Made by a program: the position numbers and the translations under genes
Notes under the pieces: model-generated
The model's database searches: none
What the model was told of the DNA's origin: nothing
What the model saw: only the letters and a program-made list of their open reading frames with translations
Assembly (NCBI GenBank): GCA_963826525.1
Contig: CAWGXH010000003.1
Span: forward strand, 256,001-320,000
Origin: an uncultured Methanomicrobiaceae archaeon
Lineage (GTDB): Archaea; Halobacteriota; Methanomicrobia; Methanomicrobiales; Methanoculleaceae
Reading direction: 5' to 3'
DNA: 64,000 nt
Shown here: positions 1 through 10,587 of the stretch, one piece after another
How positions within the stretch are numbered: position 1 is the first letter of the stretch
Layout of the letters: each line of letters begins with the position of its first letter

Positions 1-955
1 CCGTCGGCGGCGCTCTTCCCCTCGAGCAGCGCCCAGGCGGGCTCGCCCCTCCGCCCGCTCCAGCCGGATGTCGCAGGCCTCGTTCATATCCGAGGACAAT
101 CGCCCGGGCAAGGAACTCGTTGAACGTTTGAGACTCTCCCGCTCGAGGAAGAGCCCGAATCGGGCTCCGATAAGCCGCCCACGCTCCCTGCCGAGGAGTG
201 ACGCCCCGGCAAGGTTCGCTTCCAGGATCTCCCCTCGCGCATCCAGCGTGAAGTAGCCGAGCGGTGCAAACTCGTAGAGGTCGCGGTACTTCTCTTCGGA
301 GGCCTCGAGCGCAGTATACGCCCCACGGAGTTCCTCGTTCTGCGTTTCGAGTTCGACCCGGTGCTCCTCGAGTTCTTCATATGCTCTGTGCAGCGTCACT
401 TCTGCGGATTTCCGCTCGGTCAGATCCATGGCAACCAGGGAAAATACCTGACATCCCGTCCATCGGCAGCAGCCGCAGGGAGAGGTACACCGGCACCAGG
501 CCCCCCGCGTACGTCTGCAGCGTGCTCTCGCCCGTGCCGCCGGAAGGGTCTCCTGCCGTCATCATCCGCCGGAAGCTCCCCGCGGATGCAGGAGCGATGA
601 AGGCATGGATCGACTCCCCCATCACCTTCTCGAGAGGCATCTGGAGCAGCCGGGCGAAACTTGCGTTGCTGTAGAGGATGGTGCCGTCCGTGGTGAGGAT
701 CGCCGCTCCTTCCCGCATCTGCTCGATGAGCACGCGGTAGGGATGCTCGGCGGTCTTTAAGGTGTAGATCTTCTCCCCTTCGTCCGTGGAGACCAGGAAG
801 GCATCGACCTCCCCCCGCCGGATCGCCGAAAGCGTCTCTTCCGCCTCGGCAAAGCCCCCGTAGAGCTCCTCGAGTACGCGGAGGAGTTCCTCTTTCGCGC
901 GGCAGTCGGGGAGCGTTCGTATCGGATTGGTGCTCTGGAACCCTGCATCATGCAT
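1..955 (-). CDS. Multi-PAS sensor protein, probably a histidine kinase; 3' end lies outside the window; frameshift near 440
   Basis: Reads MHDAG...EETLSAIRRGEVDAFLV...YRVLIEQMREGAAILTTDGTILYSN, then continues in another frame as EEKYRDLYEFAPLGYFTLDARGEILEANLAGASLLG. Lies directly downstream of kaiB. Confidence 0.8.
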
Positions 956-974
956 CACCGATGGGGCGACCGGC

Positions 975-1331
975 TCACTTCCTCTTCTGGATGCCAAGCC
1001 CGATAAGGACACGGTCTTTATCCGACATATCCCCGATCAGCTTCCGGAGGGGCAGGGGCAGCTGCTTGATGAGCGTGGGGGCCGCGACGACCTGGGCTTC
1101 CTGCGCCCGCTCGGGCTGCTGGTAGACGTCGATCACCTCGAGGTCGTAGCGCCCCGCAAGGTGCGTCTCGCAGATCTCCTTGATGTTCTCGATCGCCTTC
1201 TGCGATCGGGGAGTCATTCCCGTGATGTAGAGCCGCAGGATGTAGCGGGCATCCGTCCTCTCCAGCGCCAGCTCGAACTCGTCCGTGGCCGAACGCGGCT
1301 CCTCTGCTTCCCTGGTATCTCCATCTTTCAT
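975..1331 (-). CDS. kaiB: KaiB family protein (copy 1)
   Basis: YILRLYITGMTPRS...YDLEVIDV...AAPTLIKQLPLPLRKLIGDMSD is a typical KaiB signature. Confidence 0.95.
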   Translation of the reverse strand: MKDGDTREAEEPRSATDEFELALERTDARYILRLYITGMTPRSQKAIENIKEICETHLAGRYDLEVIDVYQQPERAQEAQVVAAPTLIKQLPLPLRKLIGDMSDKDRVLIGLGIQKRK

Positions 1332-1363
1332 TGTGTAAGCTCCTCGGGGGTATCTCCCGTATT

Positions 1364-1674
1364 TTACCCCTTCGGCCGGATGTCCAGCCCGACGAGGACC
1401 TTCTCCTCATCCGAGAGGTCGCCGATGATCTTGCGCAGGGGCGGAGGCAGCCTCCTGACCAGCGTGGGGATGGCAAAGATCTGGTCGCCCTTGGCGAGCT
1501 TCGGGTGCTCGAGGAGATCGATCACCTCGATCGTATACCTCCCGGCGAGGTGCTCCTCGCACATCCTCTTTAAGTTGGCGAATGCGGCGAGCGACTTCGG
1601 GGTCTGCCCGGCGACGTAGAGCCGCAGTATGTATACCTCTCCGTTCTCATCCGGTCTGTTCTTGTTTCGGTCAT
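1364..1674 (-). CDS. kaiB: KaiB family protein (copy 2); frameshift near the N-terminus
   Basis: [45 protein letters not shown]...[21 protein letters not shown]. The ATG at 1674 follows GGAGGAG but is one base out of frame. Confidence 0.9.
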
Positions 1675-1724
1675 TGCTCCTCCCGGTGATCCCTGGTGAA
1701 GAAACCTGCTTATCATTATCGGGA

Positions 1725-3432
1725 TCATCGGATCTTGCGCAGTCTCTTGATCGTCCGCGTGTCCGCTTCGATCACGCTCTGCCGGCGGTTCTCCGCCTGG
1801 ATCTGTTTCAGGACAGTCTCCTCCTGCGAGGCGAACTCGCCCTGCAGGGCTGCGATCCGGGCCTCCATGACGCTCCGTTGCCGCTCGAGCTCGCGCTGCC
1901 GGAACGCGATCTCCTCTCGTCTGGGCCTCGGCCTCCGCCTGTTCCTTCGCTTCCTGGACGAACCGGGCGGTGCCGAGGAACATCCCGCCGGGCCCGACGT
2001 AGACGTCGGTGAGATCGATGCCGTCGTCCGTGATCCGGTATTCGCGGATCTGGTTGGAATGCCCCATCCCCCGGGACTTCAGCACGTAGAGCCCGCGGTT
2101 GCGCTCCCCGACGGACTCGATATTCTGCAGCTGGATCAGGGTATCGATGAGCGAGGAGACGGCAAGGTCCGAGGGGGCTACCGCCTCCCGCGTGCGGATC
2201 AGGTGGGTGAAGAGCGCGGTGATCCCGTTCATCTTCAGGAAGTCGATCAGCCGCGTGAGCATGACCTTGACATCCCGCGTGCTCCCGATCGCGATGAGAT
2301 CGGTCAGGGGGTCGATCACGACGACCGCGGGCTGTTTCTGTCGGATCTCCTTGAGCATCATCACGAGGTGCATCTCGAGGCCGAACATCGTCGGCCGGGA
2401 GGAGCTGATCTCGAGAAGGCCGCTCTCGATGTGGGGCGCAAGGTCGATGCCGATCGACTGCATGTTGCGCACGATCTGGTTGGGAGACTCCTCGAAGGAG
2501 AAGTAGAGGCACTTTTCTCCCCGGAGGCAGGCGGCATGCATGAAGCTCGCCCCGAAACTGGTCTTGCCGGTGCCGGGCGTCCCCGTAATCATGATCGTGC
2601 TGCCGCGGTAGAATCCCTCTCCCTCGAGCATGGCATCGAGGCGCTCGACGCCGCTCGAGACCCGTTCATCGGTGACAGTGTGCGTCAGGGCCGTCGAGGT
2701 GATCGGCAGCACGGAGATCCCGGTCTCGTCGATCAGGAAGGGATACTCGTTGGTGCCGTGGACCGAACCGCGGTACTTCACCACCCGCAGGCGGCGCGTG
2801 GAGATCTGCTCGTCCACCCGGTGGTCGAGGAGGATCACGCAGTCCGAGATGTACTCCTCGAGGCCGTGGCGGGTCATGGTCGTATCGCCGCTCTCCCCGG
2901 TGACGACCGCGGTAACGCCTTTCTCCTTCAGCCAGAAGAAGAGCCGCCGGAGTTCGGCGCGAAGAATGCCGGTATTCGCAAGACCCGAGAAGAGCGACTC
3001 GATGGTGTCGAGGACGACTCTTTTCGCGCCGATGGAATCGATGGCGTAGGCGAGCCGGATGAAGAGCCCGTCGAGATCGAACTCCCCCGTCTCGATGATG
3101 TCGCTCCTCGATATCTCTACGTGGTCGATCGAGAGCAGATTCCTCTCCATGAGATCGGTCAGGTCGTAGCCGAGCGACGCGACGTTCTGGACGAGGTCCT
3201 CGGCCGACTCCTCGAAGGAGACGACGACGCCGGGTTCCCCGTACTCCAGCGCGCCGTGGATCAGAAACTCCATCCCGAGCAGGGTCTTGCCGGACCCCGC
3301 CCTCCCGACGACGAGGGTCGTACGCCCTCTCGGCAGACCGCCCCAGGTGACCTCGTCGAGACCCTGAATTCCTGTCGGACTTTTCGGCAACTCGATACGG
3401 GTCGATCTCCCTGGTTCTTCTCTGTCGTGCAT
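1725..3432 (-). CDS. kaiC: KaiC double-domain ATPase with C-terminal coiled-coil extension; frameshift near 1917
   Basis: Two Walker A motifs ([16 protein letters not shown]), two SFEE catalytic motifs, KYRGS and KSRG, and the phosphosite region [10 protein letters not shown]. Confidence 0.95.
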
Positions 3433-3851
3433 ATAAATCAGCAGTAAAAACCTATTGGATTTAACGGGCAATAAAACCCTCGTGAAGGCAAAGGCCGCGT
3501 CCCGGACGTTCTACGGACGTGCATGACGGGCTCCTATCCGGTGGTTACCACCTCTCCCGACGGGAGAGGGTATCCCGTCCCCGGGTATGCCCGATCCTTT
3601 TCCCTGCTTCGGCGGGGCGTGGGTGTTCCATACATATACGCTTTTCCGCCCGGTCTGCCGGGGGACGATTCTTTTACTGCAGGGCCGTGAGAAGGGGATG
3701 CCGGAGATGGGTCCCCTCTACGAATGATCTCTCTCCCGTGCATCTCCGACCCGTCCGGCACCTGGAGACGTGATAGCAGTGCGGTTCCCGCCGCTTCACG
3801 AGGCGGGGCAGCCGTCAATTTCCGGCCGGCCTCGAAGGTGAGATCGCCGGT

Positions 3852-5537
3852 TCAGGCGGCTCGTCTCTCCGGATTACCGTCCGCTGCTCTCTGGAGCGTG
3901 AACCGGAACGCCGCGCCTTCCTCCTGGTGACCCGGCACCCGGTCGTCGACCCAGATCGTTCCGCCGTAGCGCTCGACGAGGATCTGCACGAGGTACAGCC
4001 CGAGCCCTTCGCCGACGCCCCGCTTCTGCTGCTCGTACCGGTGGAAGATCGCATCCTTCTCAGCGTCCGGAACGCCGGGGCCGGTGTCCTCGACCGAGAC
4101 CCGGACGAACCCGTCTTCTTCTTCCACCCGGACGGCAACCTCGACATCGGGGCCGCCGTGCTTCACGGCGTTGCCGATAAGGTTGTCGAAGACCACGGAG
4201 AGGTAATCGTCTGTAAGGACCATATGGTGCGCCCCTTCGTAGCGGAGGGTGCTTCTGGATTCGCTCCCAATCATCCCCCTGATTGCCGCATCGAGATCCA
4301 CCGGTTTGAGCCTGGACGGTGCCCAATGGATCCGCCGGATGGTGGCGACGGTTCGGAGGATCTCGATGCTCTTTTGGACGCTGCGCTGCAATTTCTTCGC
4401 GTATCCGACTTCATCCCCCCTCCCCTGCAGGGACTCGATGAGCAGGTCGGCGTAGAGGTTCGAGACGTTCTCGGTGTTGCCGATATCGTGGGTGAGGATG
4501 TCGAGGTAGAGGTTTGCCTCCCGGTGAGCGCACGTAAGATCCCGGTTCAGACGGGCGAGCTCGTCGGTATGGCGCCGGAACGCTTCTTCGGCACGCTTGC
4601 GCTCGGTGATATCCTGGGTTATCCCGAAACCTCCAAGCAGCCCGCCGGCATCGTCAAACTCCAGGTACGCCTTCTCCCGCACCCATTTTACACGCCCGTC
4701 CACCAGAATGCGGTGCTCGATGTCGTAGGGCTCGCCGCAGAGTCCTGCCTTCCACCGGGTGTCTACATACTCCCGGTCATCGGGGTGGACGATCCCGAGG
4801 AAGGTCTCGTAGGTCAGCGGCGTCCCTCCGGGCACCCCGAAGATGCGGTAATTCTCGTCCGACCAGGTCAGGACGTTCCGGTCGATATCCAGCCGCCAGC
4901 TCCCGATCTGGCCGACAGTCTGGGCGTGGTCGAGGTCTTCCCGGCTCCGGCGCAGCGCCTCTTCTGCACGCTTCTGCTCGGTGATCTCCTCGGCAACGAT
5001 GCTGATCGCTATGATGTGCCCATGAGTATCCGTTACCGGCCACCAGGATTCACGCCAGTACCGAAGCACCCCGGGCTCAGCCGGTGTCTCCCCCCGGCTC
5101 TCGATATTGAGCACGGGTTTCCCCGTCTCAACAATCGTTCGGACGAGTTCTTCAGCCGCCTCTGCAAGATCCGGAACCAGCTCGCGGACGGTCTTACCGA
5201 GATGCTCCTCGATGGAGAACCTGTCCATCTCCGCAAACTGTCTGTTGACGTGCTGGTACCGGGTGTCCGTGCCAAGGAGACAGAGCCCGATCGGCGCCGA
5301 GGTATAGGCCGCCTCGATCTCAGCGAGCTGAGCATGCGCCTTCGCCTCGCTCTCCTGCAGGATTCTCTCAGCCCGGCGAAGCTCTGCATTCTCCCGCCGG
5401 AGTGCGTCGATCTCTTTCTGGAATTCTTTCACCCGCTCACGGACAAGCCGTTCTCCTTCGGTAGGAATATCCGGTATCTCCTCGTCGCTTCGAGCGGGTT
5501 CGGTCTTTTTCCGGGTGGTTCCTGGAGGCGTGGACAT
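3852..5537 (-). CDS. PAS-PAS histidine kinase (subfamily A)
   Basis: H-box YLDILTHDIGN, N-box NLIGNAVKH, G1 DTGPGV, G2 GEGLGL; two PAS/PAC domains. Confidence 0.92.
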   Translation of the reverse strand: MSTPPGTTRKKTEPARSDEEIPDIPTEGERLVRERVKEFQKEIDALRRENAELRRAERILQESEAKAHAQLAEIEAAYTSAPIGLCLLGTDTRYQHVNRQFAEMDRFSIEEHLGKTVRELVPDLAEAAEELVRTIVETGKPVLNIESRGETPAEPGVLRYWRESWWPVTDTHGHIIAISIVAEEITEQKRAEEALRRSREDLDHAQTVGQIGSWRLDIDRNVLTWSDENYRIFGVPGGTPLTYETFLGIVHPDDREYVDTRWKAGLCGEPYDIEHRILVDGRVKWVREKAYLEFDDAGGLLGGFGITQDITERKRAEEAFRRHTDELARLNRDLTCAHREANLYLDILTHDIGNTENVSNLYADLLIESLQGRGDEVGYAKKLQRSVQKSIEILRTVATIRRIHWAPSRLKPVDLDAAIRGMIGSESRSTLRYEGAHHMVLTDDYLSVVFDNLIGNAVKHGGPDVEVAVRVEEEDGFVRVSVEDTGPGVPDAEKDAIFHRYEQQKRGVGEGLGLYLVQILVERYGGTIWVDDRVPGHQEEGAAFRFTLQRAADGNPERRAA

Positions 5538-5726
5538 CTGAATCAGGGACTCCTTTCAAGAAAACGCCAATACGTTTCCCATCGTTGGTAATAGCGATGC
5601 TGAGAATGTGCGAAGTACGGATGGTCCTGTGCGGTGACAAGAGACATTTTGATGCATATGAATATCTTGGTCGGCAGAGAGAGTCGTGTTGCATCGGCCG
5701 GTGCCAGACTCGTTCATGGAGATCTC

Positions 5727-7340
5727 TCAGCTGTTTTGCCCGACCTTCCTGAGCCTGAATCTGAACGCCGCTCCCTCCTCCGGCCTGCCCGGCACCCGGT
5801 CGTCGACCCAGACCCTCCCGCCGTAGCGCTCGACGAGGGTACGGGTGAGGAAGAGCCCGAGCCCCTCGCCCCTCCCTTTGGCTCTGCCCCGTTCGAACCG
5901 GGTGAAGAGCAGCTCCTTCACTTCGTCCGGCACACCCGGGCCGGTGTCCTCGACCGAGATCAGCACTTCACCGTCCTGCATCTCCATCCGGATGGTAATC
6001 TCTACCTCAGCACCGCCGTACTTGACGGCGTTGCCGATGAGGTTCGTGAAGATTACCGGCAGAAGATTGTCCGCCAGCACCTCGACCGGCGAGCCGTCAT
6101 AGCAGATCGATGCTCCGGGGAAGTTTCCGATCTCCCCCCTGATGACCGCATCGAGGTTCACCGGCACCAGGTGGCCGGGTTCCTGCTGAATCCGCCGGAT
6201 GGTGGCGACGTTTCGGAGAATCTCGCTGCTCCGCTCGATGCTGTCGTGCAGTTTTCGGGCGTAGAGCCACTGATCGCCCGCAAGCAGTTCGACCAGGAGG
6301 TCGGCGTACATGCTCGAGACGTTGTTCGCGTTCCGGACGTCGTGGGTCATGATATCGAGGTACAGGTGCGCCTCGTCGCGTGCTGCTACGACTTCTTCGC
6401 TCTTCCGGGCGAGGTCGTCGGTGCGGCGCTGAAGTGCTTCTCCCGCCCTTTTGCGCTCGGTGATGTCGTTGTTGATCTCCATGACCGCGACCGGTTCCCC
6501 ATGCTCGTTCCGCTGCAGTGCCCAGCGGCTTGCCACCACGATCCGCCTGCCGTTCCGTGTGATCTGGACAAGCTCGCCTTCCCATCGCCCTATCCTATGG
6601 AGCTCTGCGCGAATCGCATCAGGTGGTTCCGGGAACGTCGTCTTCAGCAGTTCGGGCGCTTCTTTCCCCACCGCCTCCGCTGCCGACCACCCGTACTGCT
6701 CCTCCGCACCGCCGTTCCAGAAGGCGATCCGGTTGTCCATGTCAAGAACCATGATGGCATCGTGCGTGAGGTCGAGGAGCGCAGCCCGGGCTTGTGCGGC
6801 CTCTTCCGCCTGTTTCCTCCCGGTAATGTCGATCAGGGCGGCCTGGAACGTCGGCTCCTCTCCGGCCTTCGCCTCGACCAGCACCCAGGCGGACTCGTGT
6901 TCCCGCGTTGCCCGAAGCCGCACCTCGACCGTCTCTTTCCCGCCCTCCGCCCGCACCAGGTCACGGAATGCGGTGAAGTCCCGGATGCTCTCCCGCTCGA
7001 GGAAGAACTGGAGCTTCTGATTCGTGAGGGACGCCCGGGATTCCCCGAGCAGTGAAGCGGCCGCCAGGTTTGCTTCAAGGATCCGCCCGCCCGCATCCAG
7101 GGTGACGTAGCCGATGGGGGCGAAGTCGTAGAGGTCGCGGTACTTCTCCTCGGAGATCAGCAGGTCGTGCTGCAGCTCCTGCAGCGCCTCGTTCTGGAGC
7201 TCGAGCTCGACCTGGTGCACCTCGAGCTCGTGGCAGAGCCTCCGCACGTCCTGCTCCGGAAGGTGCCCGGCACGTCCCGTCTCTCGAACTTCGTCTTCGG
7301 CACGCCGCCGGAGGTTCGGGTCAGGTTTTCTGTCCTGCAT
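5727..7340 (-). CDS. PAS-PAS histidine kinase (subfamily B)
   Basis: N-terminal coiled coil HELEVHQVELELQNE, two PAS domains, YLDIMTHDVRN, NLIGNAVKY, DTGPGV, GEGLGL. Confidence 0.92.
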   Translation of the reverse strand: MQDRKPDPNLRRRAEDEVRETGRAGHLPEQDVRRLCHELEVHQVELELQNEALQELQHDLLISEEKYRDLYDFAPIGYVTLDAGGRILEANLAAASLLGESRASLTNQKLQFFLERESIRDFTAFRDLVRAEGGKETVEVRLRATREHESAWVLVEAKAGEEPTFQAALIDITGRKQAEEAAQARAALLDLTHDAIMVLDMDNRIAFWNGGAEEQYGWSAAEAVGKEAPELLKTTFPEPPDAIRAELHRIGRWEGELVQITRNGRRIVVASRWALQRNEHGEPVAVMEINNDITERKRAGEALQRRTDDLARKSEEVVAARDEAHLYLDIMTHDVRNANNVSSMYADLLVELLAGDQWLYARKLHDSIERSSEILRNVATIRRIQQEPGHLVPVNLDAVIRGEIGNFPGASICYDGSPVEVLADNLLPVIFTNLIGNAVKYGGAEVEITIRMEMQDGEVLISVEDTGPGVPDEVKELLFTRFERGRAKGRGEGLGLFLTRTLVERYGGRVWVDDRVPGRPEEGAAFRFRLRKVGQNS

Positions 7341-7350
7341 GATTGCCAGC

Positions 7351-10324
7351 TCAGTCGGGGGTGGTCTCTACGCGGGTCTCGCCGTGTTCCGCTTCCGATC
7401 GCCCGGTGACGTCTTCGATGGCGAGCAGGATCAGGTCGGCCCCTGTCTCCGACGCGATCCGCCGTGCGTTGAGGCGCATCTTCTTCTGCCCGATCTCCGG
7501 GAAGTCGTGCTCCATCTCGAACCCTTCAAACTGCTTTTCCTTGGGGAGGATCTCCTCAAGGAGTTCATGCAGTCGTGGGATATCCCACTGCCGGTTGCCA
7601 AGGTTGAAGATCACATTTCCTTCGGTTCCCTGCGGGGTGACCCGAAACGTCCGGTAAAACGAATTATTCGCCGAGATGACTGTAAAATCGCTGTTCAGCA
7701 CGACGAGCGGCTCCCTGATGGCCTCAACGATATTCTCGGCGTAGATGCGGGCTTCTGTGAGCTGCGTTTCGAGTTCCTTGATCGATGTGATCTCCGCGAA
7801 TGTGGCGACGATACCGTCGATACGGTCATTCGATGTCCGGTAGGGGAGGATGCGCATCTGGTACCACTTCCCTTCCGTGGTTCGCACCTGCTTCTCCACG
7901 GAGTTGAGTGTCTCGAGTGCCCTCCTGGCATCCTCGACGAACGTCCCGTCCTGTATGTTGATGACCAGATCGGCGACCGGCCTGCCGAGGTCGGTCGACC
8001 GCAGGTTGATGATCTCTTTGACGGGCTCGGTGAACCGGCGCACCTGGAGGTTTCTGTCCAGGAAGAGCATGGCAAGCTCGGAGCTCCGGAGAAGGTTCCG
8101 CATATCGTCGGTGGTGCTGGAGAGCTCGTCGATCTTGGCCTGGAGTTCGGTGTTCACCGTGAGGAGCTCCTCGTTGAGCGACTGCAGTTCCTCTTTTGAG
8201 GTGGTCAGCTCCTCGTTGGTGCTCTGCAGTTCTTCGTTGGTGCTCTGCAGCTCCTCGTTCATCGTCTTCTGCTCCTCCTGCGAGGCCTGCATCTCTTCGA
8301 CCGTGTTCTGGAGCTGCGATCTGGCATAGGTGAGCTCCGCGTTCAAGTTCGCGGTACCGGGCGTCGTCCTGCCGCTCACCCGTCTCTTCGGCTGCCTGTG
8401 GTGTCTCCGTCTCCTCGATATCCTCAAAAGCGATCATGAAGAGGTCTTCCGCTCCGGGAGAGCGTTCGATCGGTGCGACCGTCAGGCGTATCTGCTGGGT
8501 GCTGCCGTTTGTCTTCACGGAGACGTGTTCGATGACGCTCTCTCTCTTCTCCCGCTTTGCGGAACGGAGGGATGCGACCAGCGGATAACTGAGCCCCTCC
8601 CGGGCCATTGCATAGATGTTCAGGTTCGCTTTGCCCGAAGACGGTTCCAGGTACTTCCCGGTTTTGCCGTGGAAGTATGCGATGTCTCCGTTCTCGTTGA
8701 CGATGACCGAAGGAGGGACAAACCGGTTGATCAGTATCCGGGGTGCGAGTTCTTCGATGGAAGCGGGATGCCTCTGCTCGCGAATGCCGGTGCCGCCGAC
8801 TGAATGCGGGGCGAAGGAGACAGGGATATCGATCCGGTCGATGACGGGGGCGGACGTCTCCCGCCGCCGGTAGATCTTCCACCTGCTGTCCACAGTCCTG
8901 AAAAGTTCGCCGTAGCTGCCGATCGTCTCCGCCGTCCCGAGGAAGAGCGTTCCGCCGGGCTTGAGCGTGTAGTGGAAGAGGGGAATGAGCTTCTTCTGCA
9001 GCTCCGGCGCGAGGTAAATGAGCAGGTTTCTGCAGGAGAGGATGTCGAGGTGTGTGAATGGGGGGTCGGCGATGAGGTTCTGCCGGGCGAAGATGACGTT
9101 CTCGCGGATCTCCTGGCGGATCCGATAGTGGTCGCCCTCGTTGTCGAAGAACCTTTCCAGGCGTTTTGGGGATACGTCCGCCGCGATGGCGGCGATATAC
9201 CTCCCCCGCCGGGCGATCTCGATGGCCTCCTGGTCAAGGTCGGTTGCGAAGATCTGGTACTTGACCTCGCCGTGGCGGTTCAGGGTCTCCAGGCACTCGT
9301 GCAGCACCATTGCTATGGAGTAGGCCTCCTCGCCGGTCGAACATCCCGGCACCCAGACCCGGATCACACCCCCCTCCGGCGCGCTCTCGGCGATGCTGCG
9401 GATCGCTTTCTCCCGGAAGGCCTCCCATGCCTCGGGGTCGCGGAAGAACCGGGTTACGCCGATGAGCAGCTCCTTTGCAATGATCTCGATCTCGGTGGGG
9501 TTCTCCCGGAGGTACCTGACGTAGTCCTCGATCCGGGTCAACTGGTGCAGTCCCATGCGGCGTTCGATCCGCCGCTGGATCGTGCTCCGCTTGTACATCG
9601 AGAAGTCCTGGCCGGTCCGTGACCGGATGATGACGAAGACCTTCTTCAAACTGTCTTCCATCGTTTTCGTCGAGACCCCCGGTCTCCCGGCGATGGTATC
9701 GGCGGAATGGACGAATTTAATGAGCAGATCGGGGAGTTCCTCTACCGGCGCGGCGTAGTCGGCAAGCCCGGTGGCGATGGCGTTCTCCGGCATACTCCCG
9801 TACTGTGCGGAGTGGGGTTCCTGTACCAGCACGGTTCCCATCCGTTCTTTGATAGCCCGGATGCCCAGGGTGCCGTCGTGACCCATCCCGGAGAGAACAA
9901 TGCCGACGGCTTTGCCGTCCTGGTCATCGGCAAGGTGGCGAAAGAAGAGGTCGATAGGTGTCCGACTCGTCCGTGTTGCCACCGGTTCCAGGAGGGTGAG
10001 GCTGCCGTGCAGGATGGCGAGGTCGGCGTTCGCCGGTTTGACGTAGACGGAGTTCGGCCTGACCGCCATGCCGTCTTCGGCCCAGATCACCGGCATTTCA
10101 GTGGCCCGCTGGATGAGCTCCGGGAGCATGCCTTTGTGCTCCGGATCCATGTGCGTGACCAGCACGAATGCCATCCCTGTATCCGGCGGCATATGGGTGA
10201 AAAACTGTTCGAGCGCCTGCAGCCCTCCTGCGGAAGCCCCGATCCCGACGATGGCGCGGGGCGCCGCTTCGTCGGGCAGGCCTTCGGATGCGTGCGTATT
10301 TGTGCTCTCCGTATTCTGCGTCAT
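7351..10324 (-). CDS. CheB methylesterase - CheR methyltransferase - coiled coil - PAS fusion; frameshift near 8345
   Basis: CheB motifs GIGASAGG, VTHM and LSGMGHDG; CheR motifs VTRFFRD, VWVPGCSTGEE and SCRNLLIY; NEELQST repeats and C-terminal PAS domains. Confidence 0.92.
8209..8260 (-). repeat. 21-bp coding tandem repeat (about 2.5 copies) encoding NEELQST heptads
   Basis: ctcctcgttggtgctctgcag / ttcttcgttggtgctctgcag / ctcctcgttc. Confidence 0.8.
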
Positions 10325-10587
10325 CGATCGTCCCCTAAAAAAATCCGCCGAAGGTTTCTATCCCTTCGCCCTCCACCGTCGCCGGTGGGCGAGGGTGGTG
10401 CCGGGTTGGTATATATGTCAAGAGTAGGTGGCCGATGCTTCATTAACTCTTCGTTCGCGCCGCACCTCTTCCCCGAAATGCGGATGGCCGAAACAGCATC
10501 CGTTTCGGGAAGGAGAAACGAGAACCGGTCACCACCCGCCGCGTGGGTGAACGCCACCCAAAGCGTTTTAACTTCTACAGAGGCAAT

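Noticed and set aside
1570-1917. Apparent KaiC C-terminal extension running into kaiB
   Set aside because: Frameshift artefact; the corrected KaiC stops at 1725.
3551-3569. Hairpin cctctcccg-a-cgggagagg upstream of kaiC
   Set aside because: Single short GC-rich palindrome with no second copy or supporting context.
8209-8260. 21-bp tandem repeat as CRISPR or VNTR
   Set aside because: It has no spacers and encodes the NEELQST coiled coil typical of CheBR fusions. No CRISPR array was seen anywhere in the window.
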